From: Ignavibacteriales bacterium
GTDB lineage: Bacteria; Bacteroidota; Ignavibacteria; Ignavibacteriales; Ignavibacteriaceae
DNA length: 64,000 nt
Direction of reading: 5' to 3'
NCBI GenBank assembly: GCA_020061465.1
Contig: JAGUYG010000022.1
Coordinates: 19,135-83,134 of the forward strand
Under the pieces are notes generated by a model. The model was not told where the DNA came from. It was given only the letters and a program-made list of their open reading frames with translations, and searched no databases. The translations under genes and the position numbers were made by a program. Of this stretch, positions 24,796 to 33,819 are shown piece by piece. Numbering within the stretch: position 1 is the stretch's first letter; each line of letters starts with the position of its first letter.

Positions 24796-25506
24796 ATGAA
24801 GAAAAAAAATATAACGATGAAAAAAATAAGATTATTACTTATTGAAGATAACCGTCTTCTTAGAGACGGAATTTTTTCTATTCTTAAACCTCATAAGGAT
24901 ATGGTTATAATCGCAGCATCAGGAGATGGTAAAAACACTCTTGAAAAAATCAAGAAATTAAAGCCAAATGTTGTTCTTTTAGATTTGGGATTACGAAGTC
25001 AAAATAGTTTACACGTAGTAGAAATAGTGAAGAAAGATTTTCCCGAAGCCAAAATAATTATTATGGATCTTGCGCCTGTACAAGCCGATGTATTACAATA
25101 TGTAAAAGCAGGTGCCAACGGGTTCATTCTTAAAGATGCATCACTAACTGATTTTCTAATTACGATTCGAGCAGTAGCTGAGGGATCGACCGTTCTTCCG
25201 CCGCTGTTAGTAGATTCTCTTTTTTCACAAATAGTTGATCACGCAGTAAGAGAAGGAAAATCAGCATTAAAAAAAGCAGTTCAAATGACAAAGCGGGAAC
25301 GTGAGGTTATTAGTTTGTTAAGTGAAGGTATGACCAATAAAGAGATAGCACAAAAAATTCATGTATCAACATATACCGTTAAGAGTCATATTCATAATAT
25401 TATGGAAAAACTTGCTTTACATACACGCCTGGAAATAGCCAATTATTCTTATACAGGAGAAACCCTTAAAACAATTACTAAAGGTATTTCGATAATTAAT
25501 CAATAA
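24796..25506 (+). CDS. LuxR/NarL-family response regulator, paralogue 3
   Basis: REC + LuxR HTH, ~89% identical (by eye) to 4436-5125. The second ATG at 24817 (MKKIRLLLIEDN) matches the paralogue start and may be the true start. Confidence 0.9.
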   Translation: MKKKNITMKKIRLLLIEDNRLLRDGIFSILKPHKDMVIIAASGDGKNTLEKIKKLKPNVVLLDLGLRSQNSLHVVEIVKKDFPEAKIIIMDLAPVQADVLQYVKAGANGFILKDASLTDFLITIRAVAEGSTVLPPLLVDSLFSQIVDHAVREGKSALKKAVQMTKREREVISLLSEGMTNKEIAQKIHVSTYTVKSHIHNIMEKLALHTRLEIANYSYTGETLKTITKGISIINQ

Positions 25507-25615
25507 ATCAAAGTTAAAAAGAAGGGATTCAAATTTTAATTAATCCAATGAAAATTGACTGGTTTAAATGCGTGTTTCAATCACGATGCCGTTTAAATTT
25601 ACTCTATAACCTCTT

Positions 25616-26815
25616 ATGATTGAACCAAAAGAATTCTATCGAAAATTAGATTCTCTTCTCAATCAAATTAATATGATTAAATCCGGCTCAGACTTTTTAT
25701 ATACCATTGTGAATGAGCTTGGGAAAACTTTCGGTAACGATCTTCATATCGGAAGAGGTCGTATTTACGAGAAGAATGGCGATGAGTATGTGCTGGTATC
25801 TCCCCTTTCTCAACTCGAGAAAATAGACATCGAAGCGATTCTTTTTATAAATTCAAATGTTGTTCAATCCATATTAATATCTAAAACATATATTTTCGAT
25901 AACCCTTTTTTCGATCCTGGTATTAAAGACATTCCTCAAAAGGAATATGCAATACCGGCTGCAATAGTTGTAAATAACCAGGAACAGAATTGGATTTTAT
26001 TTTTTGAATTGAAAAGCGGATGGGTTCGCGAAGAAATTGAGTTTTGCCTTAATGCGGTAAGAGCTGTTTTAAACTACAGGTTATTATCAGAATCTATTAA
26101 AAATGAATATGAACAAGCATTCCTTATTCAAAAAAGTTTACTTCCAACATCTCCTCCTAAAATTCCCGGTTATCAAATTGCCGGAAGATCCCAACAAGCC
26201 GAACTTGTGGGGGGTGATATTTTCGATTATTATAAATTTAATGAGGAAGAATTCGGGTTTTGTATCGGAGATGCAAGCGGGCATGGAATGCCAGCAGCAT
26301 TGATGGCGCGTGATGCTATTATTGGACTGCGTATGGGATTAGAAAATCAAATGAAGATGGTACACACTTTAAAAAAATTGAACAGAGTTATTTATCAAAG
26401 TGTTTATTCTACAAGGTTTATTTCTCTCTTTTACGCTGAAATGGAAACGAACGGAACTTTGTTTTATGTAAATGCAGGACACCCTTCTCCTATAATGGTT
26501 AGCCATAATGATGTAACTGAATTAGAATCAACAGGACTTGTATTTGGTGCATTACCAGAAATTGAATTGCGACGGTCGTATATAGAAATCCATCCGGCTA
26601 GTGTACTTGTACTGTTTACTGACGGAATTGTGGAAAGGCAAAATACTATTGGTGAGGAATTTGGGCTGGCATTGCTAAAAGATGTAATAATAAAAAATAA
26701 AGACCTGGATGCAGAGCAAATATTAAATGCAATTTTCTTCGATGCAAACAAATTCGGCAATGAAAGAAAATGGAAAGATGATGCTACTATTGTGGTAATA
26801 AAAAGGATAGTATAA
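25616..26815 (+). CDS. PP2C-family (SpoIIE/RsbU-like) serine phosphatase with an N-terminal GAF-like sensor region
   Basis: LIQKSLLP...GYQIAGRSQQAELVGGDIFDYY...FCIGDASGHGMPAALMA...FISLFYAEME...YVNAGHPSPIM...VLFTDGIVE...DDATIVVIKR is the PPM/SpoIIE motif series. Confidence 0.85.
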   Translation: MIEPKEFYRKLDSLLNQINMIKSGSDFLYTIVNELGKTFGNDLHIGRGRIYEKNGDEYVLVSPLSQLEKIDIEAILFINSNVVQSILISKTYIFDNPFFDPGIKDIPQKEYAIPAAIVVNNQEQNWILFFELKSGWVREEIEFCLNAVRAVLNYRLLSESIKNEYEQAFLIQKSLLPTSPPKIPGYQIAGRSQQAELVGGDIFDYYKFNEEEFGFCIGDASGHGMPAALMARDAIIGLRMGLENQMKMVHTLKKLNRVIYQSVYSTRFISLFYAEMETNGTLFYVNAGHPSPIMVSHNDVTELESTGLVFGALPEIELRRSYIEIHPASVLVLFTDGIVERQNTIGEEFGLALLKDVIIKNKDLDAEQILNAIFFDANKFGNERKWKDDATIVVIKRIV

Positions 26816-26847
26816 TTCTTCTTTCATCGAGATGTTTACTATCCCAT

Positions 26848-26893
26848 TCTCACTCTTAAGGATTAATCCATTTTCCATCCATTGGATTCATTT
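26848..26893 (+). promoter_or_regulatory. regulon box copy F (GGATTAAT subtype, most divergent) upstream of the radical SAM pair
   Basis: TCTCACTCTTAAGGATTAATCCATTTTCCATCCATTGGATTCATT. Confidence 0.5.
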
Positions 26894-27002
26894 TTTGTGG
26901 TAAGCACATTTAATATCTTCATACCACGATGGTGCCAAAATAAATTGATACTGCATTAATGAAGAGCTGAATTGTTAAACTAAAAATGAAAGCAGGTATG
27001 GG

Positions 27003-28547
27003 ATGAATAGTAAGCTTGAAATTGGAATAATAGACCTGGTATCAAAAAAACCGAACGGTAAATTATTTGCGCGTATAATGAATGCAAATTTCGCAAGCAT
27101 AATGCCGCAGGTTGTTGGTGTTTGGTGCGAAGAAAAAGGGCATAATGTTACCTATATCTGTTATACCGGAAGAGAGAATATAATAAATGAGCTTCCGCAA
27201 AACGCAGACATGGTTTTTATTGGTGCTTTCACTGAAGCAGCACAGACTGCTTATGCTCTTAGCAATCTTCTTCGCTCACGCGGTGCAGTTACAGTTTTAG
27301 GCGGACCTCATGCAAGATGTTATCCTGAAGATGCTGTAAATTATTTTGATTATGTGGTTGGATTTACTGATAAAAAAATTATTAATGAAATTCTTCAGGA
27401 CTGCTCTACCCACCGCCCCTTCGGGCTATATCTAACGGCAAAGACTCAGCCAATATCACTTCCCGGTGTAAAGGAACGATGGAAATTTATTGAACCCACA
27501 CTGAAAAAAGCGCCATTTATAAAAATGGTCCCTATGCTTGGCAGCTTAGGATGTCCTTATACATGCAGTTTTTGTATTGATTCTACAGTAGCATATCAGC
27601 CGTTAAACTTTGACGTAATGAAAGAAGACTTAAAGTTTTTGCTTACTAAGTACAAACGCCCGCTTGTAGGCTGGCACGATCCGAATTTTGGAATTCGTTT
27701 CGATGACTATATGAATGCCATTGAAGAAGTTGTTCCCGAAAACAGCATGGATTTTATTGCAGAAAGCAGCTTGTCAATTTTATCCGAACCTCATGTTAAA
27801 AGGCTTAAACGTAATGGATTCGGAGCAATGCTGCCGGGAATCGAATCGTGGTATGAACTTGGCAGTAAATCCAAAACCGGCAGCTTAACAGGGATGGACA
27901 AAGTAATGCGTATATCAGAACAGATTAATATGATATTGCGTTACTTACCTTATGTTCAGACTAATTTTGTTTTGGGACTCGACTCAGATGAAGAAGAAGA
28001 ACCATTTGAATTGACAAAGAAATTTGTTGATCTGACACCGGGAGCGTTTCCTGGTTATTCACTTTTATCTGCATTCGGTCGGGCAGCGCCTCTTAACCTG
28101 GAATACCAGCGGATGAACAGGGTGATTCCATTTCCTTTTCATTTTATTAGTAATAACCACGCTATGAATGTTAAGCCAATTAATTATTCCTGGACTGAAT
28201 TTTATTCTCATGTTATCAGCCTTGGCGAACATACTTTTTCATGGGGTGCAATTATTAAACGGCTGATTGCGACAAAAGCATTTATCCCGCGCTGGATGAA
28301 TGTGGTGCGTGCAATTTCGGAAGAAGGCTTCGGCAGGGTTGCTTATAATAAAGAAATTCTAAGACAGCTTAATTCGGATAAAAAATTTCGGGATTATTTT
28401 GAACAAGAAACGGCGGAACTTCCGCAATTCTATTTGAACATTATAGAAAAAGAACTGGGTACTTTGTGGGAATGGCTCCCTGAAGGAGCTGTATATCATG
28501 ACCAGAATGCATACCTGAACTCAGTAGAAGAACGAATTACTGTTTGA
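27003..28547 (+). CDS. B12-binding-domain radical SAM protein
   Basis: The N-terminal Rossmann-like part (VFIGAFTEAAQTAYALSNLLRSRGAVTVLGGPHA) is followed by LGSLGCPYTCSFCIDS (CxxxCxxC). Confidence 0.8.
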   Translation: MNSKLEIGIIDLVSKKPNGKLFARIMNANFASIMPQVVGVWCEEKGHNVTYICYTGRENIINELPQNADMVFIGAFTEAAQTAYALSNLLRSRGAVTVLGGPHARCYPEDAVNYFDYVVGFTDKKIINEILQDCSTHRPFGLYLTAKTQPISLPGVKERWKFIEPTLKKAPFIKMVPMLGSLGCPYTCSFCIDSTVAYQPLNFDVMKEDLKFLLTKYKRPLVGWHDPNFGIRFDDYMNAIEEVVPENSMDFIAESSLSILSEPHVKRLKRNGFGAMLPGIESWYELGSKSKTGSLTGMDKVMRISEQINMILRYLPYVQTNFVLGLDSDEEEEPFELTKKFVDLTPGAFPGYSLLSAFGRAAPLNLEYQRMNRVIPFPFHFISNNHAMNVKPINYSWTEFYSHVISLGEHTFSWGAIIKRLIATKAFIPRWMNVVRAISEEGFGRVAYNKEILRQLNSDKKFRDYFEQETAELPQFYLNIIEKELGTLWEWLPEGAVYHDQNAYLNSVEERITV

Positions 28548-28580
28548 CAAAATAATATATATAACCTTAGGAGAGAGAAA

Positions 28581-30059
28581 ATGAAAATTCTTTTAGTTTA
28601 TCCTATGTATCCGGATACATTCTGGAGCTTTAAACATGCTCTGAAGTTTGTATCGAAGAAAGCAAGTTTTCCACCATTAGGACTTTTAACAGTTGCCTCA
28701 ATGCTGCCCAAAGATTGGTATATAAAATTAATAGATATGAATTCAAATCAATTGATGGACGATGATATTCTTTGGGCAGATTTTATTTTTATCAGTGCAA
28801 TGTCAATACAAAGCGAGTCCGCCGCTGTAGTTATACAAAGATGCAAAAAGTTAAAGAAAAAAATTGTAGCAGGCGGACCTTTATTTACCAGCAGTCCAGA
28901 ATATTACCAGGATATTGATCATCTTGTTCTTAACGAAGCTGAAATTACTCTACCGCAGTTTTTGAAAGATCTAAACGAAGGGACACCTCAACACAAATAC
29001 ACTTCAGAAGGTTGGGCAGATATTACAACCACACCGTTACCTCTTTGGAGCCTTGTACCAATGAATAATTATACATCCATGAACCTCCAGTATTCACGCG
29101 GCTGTCCGTTTGATTGTGACTTTTGTGATATAACAGTTCTTTACGGAAGGAAACCGCGAACAAAAACAAAGGTGTAAGTTATAGCCGAATTAGATGCTTT
29201 ATATTTTACAGGTTGGCGGGGTCCTGTATTTTTTGTTGACGATAACTTCATCGGCAACAAAGCAAAATTGAAAAAAGAAATTCTTCCTGCTATTGCCGAT
29301 TGGATGGAAGAAAGAAATCACCCTTTTTATTTGAATACCGAAGCATCAATTAATCTTGCTGATGATGATATGCTGATGCAGCTTATGGTTAAAGCGGGAT
29401 TTGAAGCAGTATTTATCGGTATCGAAACTCCAAATGAAGAAAGTTTGATTGAATGTAATAAAATTCAAAATAGAAACCGTGATCTGATTTCAAGCGTAAA
29501 GAAAATTCAAGAATCAGGGCTGGACGTTCAGGGTGGATTTATTGTCGGATTTGATAACGATCATCCGAAAATATTTGAAGAACTTACTAACTTTATACAG
29601 AATAGTGGAATAGTAACTGCAATGGTAGGATTATTAAACGCGCCAAAAGGGACAAAGCTTCAGAAAAGATTAGAAAGCGAAGGAAGAATGTTAACAGATT
29701 TTACAGGCAACAATACAGACTTCTCAATTAACTTTGTTCCGCGAATGGATACCAACGCACTTCTTGAAGGATATAAAAAAATACTTAACAAAATCTATTC
29801 GCCTAAATATTATTATGAGCGTGTAATGCTATTTTTAAAAGATTTTGAACCAAAGAAGAAAAAAGTTTTTCATCTTAATCCTAATTATATACTTGCTCTG
29901 TTCAGATCAATAATTAAACTTGGTGTTATCGGTGAGGAAAGAATCTACTATTGGAAATTATTCTTTTGGTCCCTCTTCCGTAAACCACAGTTGTTTTCAT
30001 TGGCAATATTATTTACGATTTACGGATTTCATTTTAAAAAAATTTCCAATGGCTTTTAA
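28581..30059 (+). pseudogene. B12-binding radical SAM protein (DUF4070-type C-terminus) interrupted by a single in-frame TAA at 29175-29177
   Basis: ORFs 28581-29177 and 29268-30059 are in the same frame. Read-through gives ...[64 protein letters not shown]..., a continuous radical SAM core. Confidence 0.75.
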
Positions 30060-30317
30060 TACCGCAAAATAGCAAGTCAGCAGCCGTTTGTAAGCTAATA
30101 TTAATTTAATTAAATACGTTTGACTAAAACTACTAACTGGCAGAAAAATTATTATGCCCACCAAAGAAACATTCGTTGTTTCCAATTTTTCTTTCATGTA
30201 ATAAGAACACCTTTCTCTTAATATTGAATCAGAATTAGATGGTGTTTTGATTTACAATCAATTATTGACCGTAAAAATCTATTTGAAATAGTTGAATTAC
30301 CTGATTATAACGAGTTG

Positions 30318-30367
30318 TTCTCAATCTTAAGGATTAATTCTTTTTCCATCCCTTTGCCCGATTGTAA
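30318..30367 (+). promoter_or_regulatory. regulon box copy G (GGATTAAT subtype) upstream of DUF4382 lipoprotein / small OMP
   Basis: TTCTCAATCTTAAGGATTAATTCTTTTTCCATCCCTTTGCCCGATTGTAAT. Confidence 0.55.
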
Positions 30368-30500
30368 TACCATGCATCTTCTTGTAGCTTTATTCGTGTG
30401 AAAGGGATTATTTCATAAATGTCTCCGACACAACTGCAAGTGTAAAAGCAACAAATAAATTTTACAGTACTAATAGTTTTTTCGAAGAGGAGCTTTTCCA

Positions 30501-31316
30501 ATGATACAGATAAAAGAAAATTTACTTCACATGTTTGTCTTCTTAAGTTTTTTTGCGGCGATTATATTCATATTTGGTTGTTCTGATACAACATCGCCTG
30601 AAACCGGGCAGGGACAAATAAAGATAATAATGGTTGATGCCCCTGCCGGGTATGACCAGGTAAATATTGTTGTTACAAGAGTTGAAGTTCATAAAGCCAG
30701 CGCTGATTCAAACAGCGGATGGTATGTTATTAACAATAATGCAGCGACTTATGATTTACTTTTATTAAGGAACGGCGCAAGTGTTGTCCTTGGTAATAGC
30801 GCACTTGATGCCGGACACTATACACAAATAAGACTAATAATTGGCACTGGAAGCAATGTGGTTGTTGATGGAGTTAGCTATTCGCTTGAAATTCCAAGCG
30901 GAGAACAAACAGGAATAAAATTAAATCACGCATTTGATATCCAGGAGGGACTTATTTATGAGTTAATGCTTGATTTCGATGCTGAACGTTCAATAATATT
31001 TACCGGAAACGGGCAGTATAAACTGAAACCAGTTCTTAGACTTGTGCCTGCGGTAATCTCCGGTACCATTTCAGGCAAGATAAATCCATTAAGCGCTGCC
31101 GGTTATGTTTATGTTATAAGCGGAACAGATACACTAAGCAGTACATTAGCAGAAACAACCACCGGATCATTTAAGTTAATGGCATTACTACAGGGAACGT
31201 ACAATGTAAGTGTATTTTCAGGTAATGCTGCTTATAACGATACGACAATTACTAATGTAGTGGTCGTTGCAAAACAAAATACTGACTTAGGAACGATCAA
31301 TCTAAGTCTTAAATAA
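30501..31316 (+). CDS. DUF4382-family lipoprotein with a C-terminal carboxypeptidase-regulatory-like domain
   Basis: Lipobox IFIFGCS. The DUF4382 pattern is GQIKIIMVDAP...VNIVVTRVEVHKA...ATYDLLLLRNG...GHYTQIRLII...YSLEIPSGEQTGIKLNHAF...YKLKPVLRL. The true start may be the ATG at 30531. Confidence 0.75.
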   Translation: MIQIKENLLHMFVFLSFFAAIIFIFGCSDTTSPETGQGQIKIIMVDAPAGYDQVNIVVTRVEVHKASADSNSGWYVINNNAATYDLLLLRNGASVVLGNSALDAGHYTQIRLIIGTGSNVVVDGVSYSLEIPSGEQTGIKLNHAFDIQEGLIYELMLDFDAERSIIFTGNGQYKLKPVLRLVPAVISGTISGKINPLSAAGYVYVISGTDTLSSTLAETTTGSFKLMALLQGTYNVSVFSGNAAYNDTTITNVVVVAKQNTDLGTINLSLK

Positions 31317-31346
31317 ATTTAAAAAATAATAAAAGGAGCTATAGTT

Positions 31347-31844
31347 ATGAAAAGGAGTATTTTATTCGTTATTGTTTTGGGCTTGATGATCATCTTAGCA
31401 AAACCAGTTGCAGCGCAGGACCACGGATTTGGGCTCGGACTTATTTTAGGAGAGCCAACCGGGTTGAGCGCTAAACTCTGGACGTCAAAGCAAAATGCTT
31501 TTGATTTCGGTCTTGGTGTAGGTCTTGGAGGCGATCGTATCAAATACAGAGGCGCCTACGATAGAACCGGACGCATCCATTTTCACATGGATTACCTCTG
31601 GCACGCATTCAATGCAATAAGTTCAACGGAAAGATTTCCTCTTTATTACGGAATCGGTGGCAGGTATAACAGTGGTGGCGGCTATGAAGGATCAATAGGT
31701 GTAAGAGGCGTAATTGGTATAGCATGGTTTCCTCAATCAACTCCGATAGATGTATTTTTAGAGTTGGTGCCGGTGTTTCAAGTTACCCCACTTACCGGGC
31801 TGGGATTTGATGCCGGTCTGGGAATAAGATATTTCTTTAATTAA
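31347..31844 (+). CDS. small outer-membrane beta-barrel protein
   Basis: Signal peptide ...AKPVAAQ. Gly/aromatic-rich alternating strands, ending GLGIRYFFN. Confidence 0.6.
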   Translation: MKRSILFVIVLGLMIILAKPVAAQDHGFGLGLILGEPTGLSAKLWTSKQNAFDFGLGVGLGGDRIKYRGAYDRTGRIHFHMDYLWHAFNAISSTERFPLYYGIGGRYNSGGGYEGSIGVRGVIGIAWFPQSTPIDVFLELVPVFQVTPLTGLGFDAGLGIRYFFN

Positions 31845-32100
31845 AGAGAAATAACAGGTGTTGTTTATTAATAAAAGATTTTAATTCAAATTAGTTGCCC
31901 TGCTAACATTAATATTTCCCAGGCTTGATTCAGTTTAATATTCTATAAAATTTGGTTGAAATCCCAAAGGAAAAAAGCGGATAAAAGAGACAAGAAAAAT
32001 GAAAAGAAGAACTATGGAAACTTCGATCAATAAATCACCTTACGCAGAAGTCAAAAATTTTTATTTCCAAGTAGTTCTCATCATGGACAAGTGTAAAATA

Positions 32101-32148
32101 AACTCACCCAAACGATGTAGTTCCTTTTTAATCCCTTTGACCGATTGA
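32101..32148 (+). promoter_or_regulatory. regulon box copy H (GATGTAG subtype) upstream of the OmpA/TSP3 gene
   Basis: AACTCACCCAAACGATGTAGTTCCTTTTTAATCCCTTTGACCGATTGA. Confidence 0.6.
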
Positions 32149-32221
32149 ATGCTCTTATGTCCGTTAGTAATTTGTTTTAGGAAAAGAATTTTTATCAACA
32201 AACATTAGAAGGAACTTAGTT

Positions 32222-33691
32222 ATGAAAAAATTGTTATTACTGCTAGTTTTATTAGCAACGATAAGTTATTCCCAACAGCTAGGAAAATATCATAAATTTT
32301 CGGGAGTAATTAGCTTTACTGCTGATGCGGGTTTGACACTCGGCTTCACAGATTATGATAACCCAAAACCAGAAGTTTTAGGAAGGGGAAGCATTGAATA
32401 TTTTTTCCCTACAACTTCTGCGGGTATTTTTGGCATTAGAGCATTTTACGCTGGCGGATTTATCGGTGGGAAAGGCTCCCCCTCCCCCCCGGCCGGTGTA
32501 GTATATCCTAATATATTCAGGACCTCAACTCAAAATGTTGGCGGAGGATTTTCATATACTTTCCCAATTGCGGATGCTGTTTTTCCATTTGTATTTCTCG
32601 GCGCTTCATATCAATGGTTTAATCCGAGAGATGCACAAAGCATTGATCTTCCGTATGCAGGAAGAGGATTTGATGAAGCGATTGTAAACTATCATCTCGA
32701 AAGCGGGATGAAATTTTTATTGTCAAGACACATCAGCTTAAATATCTCAGCCGGTGCACAATTTGGTACGAAGGATGATTGGGATGCTGTTAATCCTACC
32801 GGGTCAAATGATTTTGCACTGTACGGATTAGGCGGCTTGACATTTTACATTGGCGGTCGTCTTGATTCTGACGGTGACGGTGTTCCCGATAACATAGATG
32901 CCTGCCCGGATACTCCTCTCGGAGTTCAAGTAGATGAATTTGGCTGCCCGATTGATTCGGACGGCGACGGCGTTCCTAATTATTTGGATAAATGCCCTAA
33001 TACACCTTCCGGAGTTAAAGTAGATGCTAGCGGCTGCCCGATTGATTCGGACGGCGACGGTGTTCCTGATTACCTCGATAAATGCTCTAACACACCTTCC
33101 GGAGTTAAAGTAGATGCTAGCGGCTGCCCGGTTGATTCGGACGGCGATGGCGTTCCAGATTATCTTGATAAATGTTCTAACACACCTTCGGGCGTTCGAG
33201 TAGATGCTAGCGGCTGCCCGGTTGATTCTGACGGCGATGGCGTTCCAGACTATCTTGATAAATGCCCTAACACACCAAAAGGTGTTCAGGTAAATTCTGA
33301 AGGATGTCCTCTTGAGAAAGAAACTATAATTATTATAGAGCCGGGAGAAACTTTTGTTCTCAGCGGAGATACAAATTTTGAGTTTGATAAGTCAAAACTC
33401 CTCCCTAATGCGTATACTATGCTTAACGAGCTTGCACATACTATGAATGAAAATCCTGGATGGAAATGGGAAATCGCTGGACATACCGATGGAGTTGGTT
33501 CAGCCAGTTATAATTTAAATCTTTCAAAACAAAGAGCTCAATCCGTCGTAGACTACCTTGTAAGCCAAGGCGTTAATAGAAATGATCTGAAAATAATAGG
33601 ATATGGTAAAGATCGACCAATTGCTACTAACGATACAGATGAGGGAAGAGCTATGAATAGAAGAGTTGAGATAATATTGCTTTCAAAATAA
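32222..33691 (+). CDS. OmpA-family outer membrane protein: N-terminal beta-barrel, five thrombospondin-type-3 (calcium-binding) repeats, C-terminal OmpA peptidoglycan-binding domain
   Basis: 5 x DSDGDGVPDYLDKCxNTPxGVxVDxxGCP, then NLSKQRAQSVVDYL...GYGKDRPIATNDTDEGRAMNRRVEI. Confidence 0.9.
   Translation: MKKLLLLLVLLATISYSQQLGKYHKFSGVISFTADAGLTLGFTDYDNPKPEVLGRGSIEYFFPTTSAGIFGIRAFYAGGFIGGKGSPSPPAGVVYPNIFRTSTQNVGGGFSYTFPIADAVFPFVFLGASYQWFNPRDAQSIDLPYAGRGFDEAIVNYHLESGMKFLLSRHISLNISAGAQFGTKDDWDAVNPTGSNDFALYGLGGLTFYIGGRLDSDGDGVPDNIDACPDTPLGVQVDEFGCPIDSDGDGVPNYLDKCPNTPSGVKVDASGCPIDSDGDGVPDYLDKCSNTPSGVKVDASGCPVDSDGDGVPDYLDKCSNTPSGVRVDASGCPVDSDGDGVPDYLDKCPNTPKGVQVNSEGCPLEKETIIIIEPGETFVLSGDTNFEFDKSKLLPNAYTMLNELAHTMNENPGWKWEIAGHTDGVGSASYNLNLSKQRAQSVVDYLVSQGVNRNDLKIIGYGKDRPIATNDTDEGRAMNRRVEIILLSK
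32864..33313 (+). repeat. five tandem 90-nt (30-aa) coding repeats (TSP3 units); copies 2-5 are near-identical at nucleotide level
   Basis: The unit GATTCGGACGGCGACGGCGTTCC...GATGCTAGCGGCTGCCCG recurs with a 90-nt period. All copies lie in frame within the OmpA-family CDS. Confidence 0.9.
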
Positions 33692-33728
33692 TAACCGGTA
33701 GATATTATAAGGTTGTAAATATTATTTT

Positions 33729-33763
33729 CAGAAGCGGCACAGTTAAAGCCGCTTCTGTTATTT
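33729..33763 (+). terminator. rho-independent terminator after the OmpA/TSP3 gene
   Basis: CAGAAGCGGC-ACAGTTAAA-GCCGCTTCTG followed by TTATTT. Confidence 0.7.
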
Positions 33764-33819
33764 ATAAAGCCGGTTAAAAGAAATAAAGAATTGTTCTAAA
33801 TAATAAATGGAGAGATAAA

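Noticed and set aside
29175-29177. In-frame TAA considered as evidence for stop-codon reassignment
   Set aside because: TAA terminates most of the well-supported genes in this window at positions that agree with family lengths. A point mutation or sequencing error is far more likely.
32864-33313. Regular 90-nt repeats considered as a CRISPR-like array
   Set aside because: The units are contiguous with no unique spacers. They are in frame within an OmpA-family CDS and encode the well-known thrombospondin type-3 calcium-binding motif.
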